DNA of 64,000 nt from Vitrella brassicaformis CCMP3155 (taxonomy: Eukaryota > Protista > Chromerida): the NCBI GenBank assembly GCA_001179505.1, contig CDMY01000438.1:12320-76319 (forward strand), in the 5' to 3' direction. The notes beneath the pieces were generated by a model. It did no database searches and had not been told where the DNA came from. It saw only the letters and a program-made list of their open reading frames with translations. Below are positions 36,205 to 47,394 of the stretch, in pieces (position 1 is the stretch's first letter; each line of letters begins with the position of its first letter). The position numbers and the translations under genes are program-made.

Positions 36205-39200
36205 ATGTACCAGCGGCCCGCTGAGAAGGTGTTCGAGCCTCTGCCGCTCAACTCCCGCACGCACGTCATGTCCACCAGGTCCACTCCGCTCGACAACGAC
36301 CACACACCAGACCCCCAATACGCTGCCACTGCCGTAGCAACAGCAGCAGCCACGGCCACGGCCACCACCTTCCCCTCCTCGTTCTTCAACCCGTCACGCG
36401 CCTCATTGCCCCGCTCCTCCCAGAGGCACTCGTCCCTCCATCTACCACCTCTCACCGTGCGTGAGGGCCGGTCCGCACGGCTGTCAGCTCTCGCAGCGGG
36501 GCTTGGGATGGCCGCCCTGCCGGGGCACATCTCGGTGCCGTCGGTCAAGTGGCAGAACCTCCAGGGGGAGGTCAAGGTGCTTGAGGGGCGAGTGGCGAGT
36601 CTGCAAGAGACGGTGCGGGCCAAGGAGATGACCATCGCGGCGCAGAAGCAGACAGTTGACTACCAGGAGGGACAAATCAAACGGTTGCGGGACACTGTCT
36701 TCCTTCTCAGAAGCCAGGTACGGTACGCACATCAATCTGTGTTATGTTCTCTCTGCGTGTGAATTTGTTCCTTCCGTCTCTGTGCGCAGGTGGCAGAGCT
36801 AGTTGAGACGATGAATCGTCATCTGATTGAAGTGCCGCCACTCTCAAAGCTGCCGGCCACAGACGAGGTCCTCGAGAATGCCCACGCATACAAAGCTGCA
36901 CACAGCCACGATGTAGCGAAAGGCCTCCAGCACAAGTTCCAACAAGACCTCGCCAACGCACTGCCGCCCGCCCCCACAACCGAGCCCCGTGCGGCACGAA
37001 GGAAGACAACTGTCATGCTCCGTGCTAGTGTGAAGCCGCCCACAGCTGCTGCCGAGGCTGCATTGGCAGTGACATCGGAGGGGAGCTCTCTGCCCGCCAC
37101 CACAGCTGCCGCGAGAAGGGACGCTGCTGAGACGGTGGAGAGGGAGAGGAAGACCGACAAGAGGCGGAGACAGTTCCAGAGTCTTTCGCTGGGCAATAAC
37201 CCGACGGCGACAAGGGAAGAGGCATCACAGCCGCAGTTGCAGACGGCCACACACACAGCAGCATGGCCGGTGGATACGAGAGACAGGGAGAGGGATGGTG
37301 ATCAGGCAAGGGTGACCCCTGCAACAGGCGGGCCGTCGCCAGTCGAGAGGGACTCGGCAGCTGTGACGACCATGGGCAAGAGGGAGCTGCACCCCAGCAG
37401 ACTGTACAGCTTTGAGGCGACCCCTCTGCTCAAGGTACACACGTGTGCATGAGAATGCATATATTGCGTCATTGGATGCACCGCTTCTTCGCTGTGTATG
37501 GTATCGTGTGTGGTGTGGTGTGGTGCAGTCTATACTGACATGTCAGTTCCGGAAGGAGGAGATGCAGCAGATACTGAGATTCCTGCTGGGGAACGAAGCT
37601 AGGGTGGGTGGAGCAGGGCAGACACAGGGAGATAAAGGGAGACACGACACAGCACATGACGGCGGGTTGTGTGTGTGTGTCTTCCATGTAGAGTCTGTTC
37701 GAGGAGAAGTGTCTGCAGCTGGTGGTGGAGGCCACCATCTTCTACCTCGTCTCAAAGAACATCGTATTCCACAACGACCTCCAGAAATTCATCCCACAGG
37801 TGACTGACCAAAGTCTGTCTGCCGTCAGACCCTTCTCCCTTCTCCCCTTCTCTCCATCCATCTCTTTGTTTGTGTGCATTTAACTACCTGATTGCAGTGG
37901 CTGCAGATACTGGTGGATGTGGTCGAGGCAGAGAGGGGCAGTATATTCATTTTTGATCCAGACAGGGGAGAGCTCTTCTCAAGGTACACAGACACACAGA
38001 CACACAGGCAGGCCACACCCACACACGGGAGAGACACGCCATCTTCTCTCTGTCCTGTCTGTCAGGTGTCTGACTGGTTCGTTCTCGATGCCCATCCGCG
38101 TCAAGAAGGGTGCGGGCATCATCGGCTCGGTCTTCGAGTCAGGAGTGCCGCTCCTCATCGACGACGTATACAAGGACCCCAGGTTCAACCCCACTGTCGA
38201 CAAAGGGACCAAGTTCAGAACCAAGAGCGTCCTCTGCGTGCCGCTTAGACTCGGCCCCAAGGTAGGTATGCAATCGAGAAGAATGGGCGTCTCTCTGTCT
38301 GTCACCCAGCCAGCAGCAATGCACGAGTGTGTGTGTGTGTTGTGGGTGTCAGGTGGTAGGTGTTGTGCAGCTGTTGAACAAGCGGTGCAACAGTGGCGAT
38401 GGGTGCTTCACAGAGGCAGACTTCGAGCTGGCCCAGTCGCTTGGCAACCTTATCACACCTGGCCTGACGTCGCCCAAGCTGCACAGGAAGCTGCGGTACC
38501 ACTACGACAACGAGAAGCGGCTCATCAAGCAGGCCATATCCGGCACCAAGGAACGCATTATGAGCCCGCTTGTGAGGGAGGTCATGCGCGGCGTTGCCAA
38601 CATCCTGCAGGCCGAGAGGTACCACTCACTGCACATACCATACCCACCCTACACACGTGTATGTGTATGTGTCTCTCTCTTTCAATCCTTGTGTCTCTGA
38701 TATACCAGGTGCACGTTGTTTCTGTCTGACGCGGCCCGCGGCAAGTTGTGGGCGATTGTGGCTCAGGGCATCGACAACATCCAGATCGAGATCCCCGAGA
38801 ACAGGGGCATCGCAGGCGCTGTCTTCATGAACAACATCCTGCTCAACATCCCTGACGCATACAAAGACCCACGGTGAGTCAGGAAGTTGGAAAGAATCCC
38901 CCTCTCCCTCTCCCTCTATCCCCCATGGCATGGCCACTCATCCCATCTCATGTATGTTTCGTGCAATGCAGCTTCAATCAGGCCGTCGATCGTGAGTCGG
39001 GGTTCCGCACACGGACCATTCTCGGCTCGCCCATTCGACATCCTATCGGCGGACAGCCCATCGGCGTCATACAGGTGGGTGAGTGAGACATGGCTTGTGC
39101 ATGTGGATGGTGGGATGCCTCTCTCTCTCTCTTGCGTGTATCCAGGCCATCAACAAGCTGGGAGGCGTCTTTACGCGCAACGATGAGGACCGCATGAACG

Positions 39201-40020
39201 TAGGTGTGTGTTGATGGCCATGTCTCCTGTCATCTTCATGGGTGGATGTATATCTGTGTGTGTGTATTCTATGCAGGAGTTGTGCAGCATCGTGGCCTCC
39301 ATCTTGCTGACGTCTGAGAGTCTGGAGGAGCTGACCCTCTCGGCAGAGCTCAACGAACGCGTCTTCCAGTGCCTCTCCGTAGCCCTGATTGTCGTATCAG
39401 CCCAAGGTATACACACAGGCACACACACCTTCCCCCAACACACACACACAGAGACATACGTGTACCCACCCGCGTGTGTGTGCGTCTGTGCAGGCAGCGT
39501 CATCAAGATGAACAGCGAGGCGGCCGACGTCTTTTACCTCGAGTCGGCTCAGCAGTGGCTGGGCCGCCACCTCAGCGAGCTCTTCGGCCGCACCAACCCC
39601 CAGCTCCTTGCCATGTGGACACAGGCCGTCGAGGGAGACAACGAGGTCCACACGCACACCAGGATATACCCCTTCACCACCACCGCCACAGGCGGCACCA
39701 CCAGCAGTGGGGGCGGTGGGGCCGATGCAGCCGAGGGCACTGTCAAGGCCGTCCGTGTGCTGCCAATCACCTCTGACGAGTCGGCACACGGCGTGATATT
39801 CCTCCTGAGCGACCCGCTGGAAGGGGGGCTCTCGCCGAGGTCGGCTGCAGCGGCCCTCAAGTCGAGGACATTCTCTACTGTGGAGGGGGAGCGGCCGTCC
39901 GACTTGCCTCAGCAGCTCAAGGGCGTGCTGAAGAGGAGCGGCACATTCAGCCCAGGGTCGCCTAGAAGTGGGGACGAGGCGCAGCAAAGGCGGACGTTCA
40001 TTACGCAGTCGCCGGTGTGA
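36205..40020 (+). CDS. Coiled-coil + tandem GAF + PAS sensory protein; start may be 36007, and short 3' exons may extend to about 40700
   Basis: GAF-A 'VEAERGSIFIFD...GIIGSVF...IDDVYKDPRFNPTVDKGTKFRTKSVLCVPL...VVQLLNK'. GAF-B 'AER|CTLFL...GIAGAV...IPDAYKDPR|FNQAVDRESGFRTRTIL...AINK'. PAS 'LIVVSAQ|GSVIKMNSEAADVF...WLGRHLSELF'. Confidence 0.88.
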
Positions 40021-40583
40021 TGTGTGTGTGTGTGTGGTGTGGAGGGAGATGTGTGTTCTTGTCGTTTGTGTGGGTTTGAGAGGGGAGTGGAGAGGGCTGC
40101 GTGGTTCGGCGTGCATTTGTGTGTGTGTGTGTGACTATTTGTCGCAGAGTAGCTGGTTGACTCTATCCATTTGTTGATCTGGTCATCAGACAGACAGACA
40201 GGCCGACAGTGTCTCTCTCTGTATGTCTGACTGTTTATGTACAGCAAAGCATCGACCATCCATCCATCCATCCACCCCACCCGCTCACTCATGCAATCAA
40301 TGCACACCAAGGCAGGCAGCTCTGCCTGCAACCCTGCCATCTGTGTGTGGTTACCAAACCGAGAGCAGCCCGCCCACTGCACACAGGAAAAACTTGGCGT
40401 GTCGTCGGATATCCATGTAAGCCGGCCTGCCTTCAGGCACGCCCCACTCACCCACCGCCCCCAGTACACAAGAACGTCACGTCCGTCAACTCTCATCTAC
40501 AACACACACATAGCTCTAAGGGGTTCAACACACAGACAGACACTGGGTGAGATCCTCTTGACACGCAGCAGGGAACGGCAATT

Positions 40584-40624
40584 GAGATCTGCGCTTTGGG
40601 GTTTGAGCCCCAAGCGCAGATCTC
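40584..40624. repeat. Near-perfect inverted repeat (17-bp stem, 1-nt bulge, 6-nt loop)
   Basis: gagatctgcgct(t)tgggg-tttgag-ccccaagcgcagatctc. Confidence 0.85.
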
Positions 40625-40814
40625 GACGCCCCTCTGTGCTGGACTTCAAGAGGAACTCACAAGGCATCAATCACACCAGAACACCGAATGACAGGCCACG
40701 GGATGGAAAAATTGTGCTGTCCACCACCCTGCCTGCCTGCGACTCTCGGGGCACACGAGTGCTTGCATGCGCGAGGCATCGAGGAGTCGCAGCCAGCAGG
40801 GTCTAAGTGTCTGT

Positions 40815-41647
40815 TCACAGGTTGCCCGCGAGCCAGTCGCCCGTCATCTCCAGGATGCCCTTATCCGGCCGCGCACCCACTTGCAGCAGCATGCCCAGCA
40901 CAGCCAACATCTGACACACACACACACTCGCAATAATCGATCAGACGTGTATGCCTTGAGTGCCTGACATACCGCGAGTCGTCCATGTTTGATCTCTGCG
41001 AGCGCCCAGTCTTCGCGAATTCCCTCGTCTGCGAGCCCCAGCGGGTCGAAGCCGAGATCGCCGGGCACTCTGGAGAACATGCCGCTCTTCTCCATCACCA
41101 CCTCGTTGCCCAATGACGCCAACTGATGGACCGATCGACGACACACAGTGACATCCATCCATCGACTCCTTTCCTGCTGTGTGTGNNNNNNNNNNNNNNN
41201 NNNNNNNNNNNNNNNNNNNNNNNNNNNNNNNNNNNNNNNNNNNNNNNNNNNNNNNNNNNNNNNNNNNNNNNNNNNNNNNNNNNNNNNNNNNNNNNNNNNN
41301 NNNNNNNNNNNNNNNNNNNNNNNNNNNNNNNNNNNNNNNNNNNNNNNNNNNNNNNNNNNNNNNNNNNNNNNNNNNNNNNNNNNNNNNNNNNNNNNNNNNN
41401 NNNNNNNNNNNNNNNNNNNNNNNNNNNNNNNNNNNNNNNNNNNNNNNNNNNNNNNNNNNNNNNNNNNNNNNNNNNNNNNNNNNNNGGGGGGGGGAGTACC
41501 TACCTGTGGGCGTGCTGATCCTGCGAGGAATCGTGTGTTGCCTGTTTGCACCAGCAGCCGCTCCTTCTCCGACATGTCGGTGATCCGCATCTTCATGCTC
41601 GGGTCCCACAGGAACTTGGCTGTGTTGAGCTGCAGATATCGCGCGCA

Positions 41648-41681
<34 letters not shown>

Positions 41682-42532
41682 TGGATAGAGAGAATGATCA
41701 CGGTGACTCACCTCGATCAGGGCGATGGCAATCAGGATCTGCATCAGACCGGCGGGCGGCATCTGCACACACACAAACGTACCACACACGGACCAATCCG
41801 TCCACACAGACAGCATCAGACAGACACCACGCCATGCACCACCACCCCACCTACCGCAAAGAGTGCCTTGAATGGGTTCATCTCGCTGAAGGCCGGCACG
41901 AACTCCAGCCCATCAAAGCCCGCGGGCTTCTGCACCAGCTCGGGCGCCAACAGACCCACAGCCGCCAACATGCACAGCCGACCGTGCTTCAGCTCGGCAT
42001 TACGGAGGAAGCCAACATCAGCTATCTTGCTCAAGCCCAGCGGGTCAAACCCTGCACGCACACACACACACACACACACACAGAACGCACCTCGTTGTGT
42101 TGCTCTCTGTGTGCGTGGCTGAGTGAGTGGGTCACTGACCGAAATCTCCGACGAGTGTCCCGTCGCCGATCTGTGGCTTAGCCACCCAGGGGAGGGCGAG
42201 AGATACGTCGGACGGCACACGGATCTGCGGCACATCCAGCCTCTCCCACACCTTCTGACCCTCACCGCCAGGACTCGGCTGCCGAGTGTAGTCGGCTGAA
42301 TCAAATCAATCCCACAGCAGCACAACACAACAAAACGCGCCCGGCCATATGTTCATTCCAACTGTGTACGCAGTTGTCGATATTGGATCGATGGCTTACG
42401 GAAGTCGACTCCTCTGACCTTGGCCTTTTGTTGCTGCTGCTTGCCCCTGGCCCTGGCAACCATCTCGAGGTTGAATGCATGGCTGACCGAGAGGGACAGA
42501 CCCACCAGCACGACTGACAGAAGTGACGCCAT
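40815..42532 (-). CDS. Light-harvesting complex (LHC) antenna protein with bipartite plastid-targeting leader
   Basis: Leader [20 protein letters not shown]. Helix 1 'FDPLGL...[14 protein letters not shown]', helix 2 '[10 protein letters not shown]', helix 3 'GFDPLGL...[10 protein letters not shown]|MLAVLG'. The gene spans the N gap. Confidence 0.93.
41186..41486. other. Assembly gap (run of N)
   Basis: 301 N bases inside the LHC gene. Confidence 1.
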
Positions 42533-42770
42533 GGATGTCAGACAGGAGCGGGGAAGCTGATGGGAAGAAGGAGATGGGTGGAATGCCTGCCACAGGAGAG
42601 GGGGGAAGGAGGCGAGCTCCGCAGAAACTTCCTCAAAACCCTATGACCCTATCTGTAAACTCTCGAGCAGAAATATTTGCCTGTAGGTCAATGCGCCCTG
42701 ACTGACAAAAGTCGACCCGTGTCTATCACTCAAGACATCCATCCATCCATCCAATCAATCAATCAATCAA

Positions 42771-43382
42771 TCAACTCCCCCCTGTTGATGCACTGCATCT
42801 CGCTCTGGCCGCCCCTTCCGGCTCATGAGCATTATTCATTTTCTGCAGCACCATGAGGCAGGCCGCCGCGACAATCAGCGCCGCACCACACACACTCCAC
42901 CCATCCAACGGGCGGCCCAACACGCACACCTGCACGCACACACGTTGAGTCGAGGGAGAGAGAAAGTGAGAGACCGACAGGAACCATTGATTCACTACAC
43001 TAACACACATTGAACCCACTTGTAGGATATAGGCGAGGGCCACATCCAAGTTGCTCACGAACGCTGCCACTCACACAACAACACTCACACGCATCCCATC
43101 CAGCCACCAGACGTCTCTCTCCTGCCCACTGACCTCCTGGCCCGGCCTTCTCGATTTGCAGCCCGCGATTGAGACACCAGTGCGCGGCGAATCCCAAGAC
43201 GCCGACAGCGGCCAGCCACCCCAGCAGCGAGAGGTCTGTGTTGCTGCTGTGACGGGGAGAAGGTCGGAGTGTGGCGACGAGCACAATGCTGGTCAGTGTC
43301 GTCGACACACTGAGGTACAAGACCAGCACCAACGCAGGCACACGTGTGCCGATCCGACGCACCAGTGTGTACGCGGTCGCAC

Positions 43383-43422
<40 letters not shown>

Positions 43423-44473
43423 GCGTTGATTGACGAGTCCAGTCCGCTGTATGCCATGGGATGGGTGTGCCCACCTGCCAGTGCGCCAGTGAGTGCCAGC
43501 AGGACGGCAACCACACGGGAAGTGACCACAGGGGTGGCCGAAGGGACGATGCTGTCGTGTGGGTGGATGCCATCGTGGTGGAAGAGGACATCTGGCTGAG
43601 CGATGAACACGACGCCAGCGAGAGAGCACAGAGCCGCCAAAGTGCACACGGCCGTCCACGGCTCACCCAGGACACACGAGGCAAGCTGATTGATTGATGA
43701 CATCCACCCACAGCAGCACAAGCATCAGAGTATCAAGTTCGTTCGAGTGCATACCCTGCCTGTGTGCTTAGCTTACCACAGCGGTGAAAATGGGTGTGGT
43801 GAAGAAGGCAGCTGATGCATCCCCGAGGGGCAGCTGCGATATGCAGAAGAAGAACAAGCCGATAGCACACGACCCGCACAACGCCCTGAGTGAGGACATC
43901 AGCAAACGCACCAGATAGATCTACGTAAGCGCACACGACACACAGCAGCTCAGCTCAGCCAGCGCCACAAACACCGGCTGACCTGACTGACCTGGCCACA
44001 AGTAGGTGTCTGATCTCTGGCAGTCCAAATGGCGATATCCACCTCCTCTCCACCACCATTTGCACCGCCAGACACGCGCTCCCACACACCAGCTCCGTCA
44101 GGCCCCTCGCCAGCAGCACATAGAACACGCTCGTCTTAGCAGCCGTCACCTTGACCAGCGTAGACGAGAGGGAGAACAACACCGCCGACACGCCGCAGAG
44201 CACCAGACCCGCCGCTCGCCTGCACAGACCGCCCTCTTCGCGTTTCCCTTCCGGCAGTGGGTCGTCATCTGACAGATGGTTGAGGGACGACAGCTCGGTC
44301 GTCAGCTTCGAGTAGGCGGCCTCGTGGGTGAATGCGATGAGTCGATGGCTGGGTACATCATGATGCCCGGCGGCAGAGTGTCCAACGTTTTCCTCTGAGC
44401 CGAGTGAGGCGTCTTTTGTGCTCGCTGCTGAAGCCCCGTAGACGGTGGGATGTACCGCAGCGCCGCTCACCAT
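42771..44473 (-). CDS. EamA/DMT drug-metabolite transporter (SLC35G-like, two EamA repeats)
   Basis: 'GLVLCGVSAVLFSLSSTLVK', 'LASCVLGEPW...LAGVVFIAQP', 'YTLVRRIG', 'WCLNRGLQIEKAG', 'LDVALAYILQ', 'WSVCGAALIV'. Confidence 0.9.
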
Positions 44474-44708
44474 CCCAGGGGCCAGTTCGGGTGCGCTGCG
44501 GCGCAGAGTGCCGGTTTTTCCTCAGATCTTCATCGAGGCCATACTCATGGTGCTGAAGTGTGCAGTAAGGATGCTGGAAGAAGGCCTGACGAAGCCGTCT
44601 TTTCTTCCACGCGATCACACCTGCGAGCTTGGCTCGCAGATCTCCAGGCTCGCTGCAGTTCTCATCGCTGAACGACGTCGATGTGTGGATGAGTGGCTTT
44701 CCATCGAG

Positions 44709-47362
44709 ATGGTCCAGATGGCAGCATGGGGACTGGCGCTCTTCATCTCTCACGCCCACGGCTTCCATCAACCATCGCCCATCTCACGACCACGTCCGTC
44801 ACGGCTCCATCACATCAGGCGGAAACACGTCAGCCTAAATGGATGAATGGAATGAGTTCACTGGGATGGATGGATGGATGGATGGATTTGTGCCTGCAGG
44901 TGCGCTCAGCTGTGGAGTCTGCTGGGCAGGCTGCTCAGCAGCAGCAATTGCAATTGCAAGATCTGCAACGGCTGATGGAAGAGCTGCATGCTGACGGCAC
45001 CACCGACAGGCAGTGGACCATCGATGACCTGCTGAATGCAGACGTGAGTGACCTCTCCCCGTCTGCACAGCAGATCCGTGACTCAAGGTGCGTGCGGGCT
45101 CCTGTAGGATCCCCATCCATCCATCCGTCCATCCTCCCGTGTGTGTGTGTGTGTGTGTGTGTGTGTCAGGTTTAGTGGTTGTGTCGAGAGTTCTGATGGG
45201 GAGAGGCAGACCGTCCAGCACACGCCCACCATCACCTACTCTCGCAAGGTGTTCATTCCGCTGACGCACCTCTGTCGCGATCGGTGCCACTACTGCACAT
45301 TCGCGCAGCCTCCCAAGGATGGTGAGAGGTGAGTGGAGTGGAAGGAGTCAGCCGGGGATGGCAACACACCAAACAAACGGATGGATGCCGGAAGGAACCG
45401 TGGTGTCTGTCGTCCGCTTGCTTGTCGTGTCGTGTGTAGGTGCTACATGACGCGTGACGAGGTACTGGATGTGGTGCGGGAGGGGGAGAGGCTGGGGTGC
45501 ACTGAAGCGCTCTTCACACTTGGTCAGCCACAGAAGAGAGGAAGAGTACCTGTGGTCAGGTGCCCATCTGTCCATTGTGTGTGTGTGTGTGTAGGCGATC
45601 GTCCCGAGACGAGGTGGCCGCAGGCGATGGAGGAGCTGCGCAGCATGGGATACACGTCGACGATTGAGTACCTCAGGTCGGTGGCGCCAAGACATCAGCA
45701 CACTCTCTCTGGGATGGATCTTGGTGTGTGTGGATGGATGGATGGATGTGTTCCTCCCTAGGGATTGCATGGCCATGGTGCTCACAGAGACCTCGCTCAT
45801 CCCCCACGCAAACCCTGGAGTGATCTCAGATGACGAGATGCTCGTCCTCCGTGACGTCAGTGCATCACAGGTGGGGTGGGTGACCAAACACACACACACC
45901 CCACCCACCCACCCACCCCAGCCATCCACGTTTCTGTGTTTGTGCAGGGCCTCATGTTGGAGTCAATATCAGACCGGCTGTGGGTGGAGAAGGGCCAGCC
46001 GCACTATGGCTCCCCCGACAAGCGGCCGGCAAGGCGACTGGAGACCATCGAGAGGGCCGGGAGGCATCGCGTGCCGTACACGACTGGTCTTCTGGTGGGG
46101 TTTGGCGAGACGAGGCTGGAGAGGCTGCTGTCCTTGGCGGCGATTCGCGAGCTGCACCAGCGATATGGACACATACAGGAGGTCATCGTACAGGTGAGTC
46201 GATATCAATATTGCCGGCACATGGAGCCACGCACCGTGTGTTTGTCTGTCTGTGCAGCCCTTCCGGGCCAAGGAGGGGACGGTGATGTCCTCAGCCCCCG
46301 ACTGCCCCCTTTCAGAGCTCCTCTGGACCACAGCCATCGCACGCATCATCATGCCGCCCTCCATCTCCATCCAGTCCCCACCCAACCTCTCACACCCACA
46401 AGACCTGCCGATGGTCCTGCGGTCCGGCATCGACGACTGGGGTGGGGTGTCGCCGCTCACAGCCGACTATGTCAACCCCGAGCGCCCCTGGCCGTCCATC
46501 GATCGGCTAAGGGAGGTGACGGAGCAGAACGGCTTCGCCCTTGTGGCCCGGCTGCCGTCTTACCCCATGTATGTCAGCGACGGTGTGTTGTTGGGGGAGT
46601 GGCACAGCGGGAGGGTCGCGAGGTCACTCCTGCGAGCAATGGATGGCACTGGGCACTCCAGGTGAGCATTGATGGACACTGACAACACGCCACCAGCGAC
46701 CACACACCTCCCCCCCTGACTCATTTGCGTGTCCCAAGGACGGAGGAGCCATGGTTTGCCGGCGATTCCGCCTCGTCCGTGCCCACAGATGGCCCAGACG
46801 CACCCTACCTACCCGGCGGCCGTCACCATCCACGATACGCGGACGCCCTCAGGCCTTTCGAGCAGCCGGTGCGGCAGCTCGTGAGCGGCCGAGACGATGG
46901 CGTGAGTGGGACCGAGCTGTCACTGTGGAGGGAGCAGATGCGCAATGTGCTGAGGAGGGAGGGGGTGTCCGACTGGGTGGCGGAGCTGCTGACACGCGCT
47001 CTATTGTCGCCAGGTAGACATGTGGATGAATGAATGAATGTACGAGCTTCCTTTCAGCAGGTGTGTGTGGTGGATTGTATATCAGAGATGGCGCGGGGTG
47101 AGAGTGGTCTGAGTGAGGGTGAGGCGACGTCGCTGCTCGAAGCACGAGGAAAAGATCTTGCAGCCATTGCCGCGGCGGCCGATTTACTGAGGTCGGTGAA
47201 CAGAATACACCGAAGACATCAACGTGCATTGGTGTGTGTGTGGTCTTCCCTCGATGGTCAGGCGAGTGGTGGCTGGCCACGGCGTGTCCTATGCCGTTGT
47301 GCGCAATATCAACTACACCAACGTCTGCTACTTCAGATGCCAGTTCTGCGCATTCAGCAAAG

Positions 47363-47394
<32 letters not shown>

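Noticed and set aside
36205-40020. Calling this gene a phosphodiesterase or adenylyl cyclase
   Set aside because: No HD/PDEase or class III cyclase motifs were found downstream of the GAF/PAS domains.
40815-42532. Two FDPLG/ELKHGR motifs suggesting an LHC polyprotein
   Set aside because: They are helices 1 and 3 of a single LHC. The 301-N gap is too short to hide another unit.
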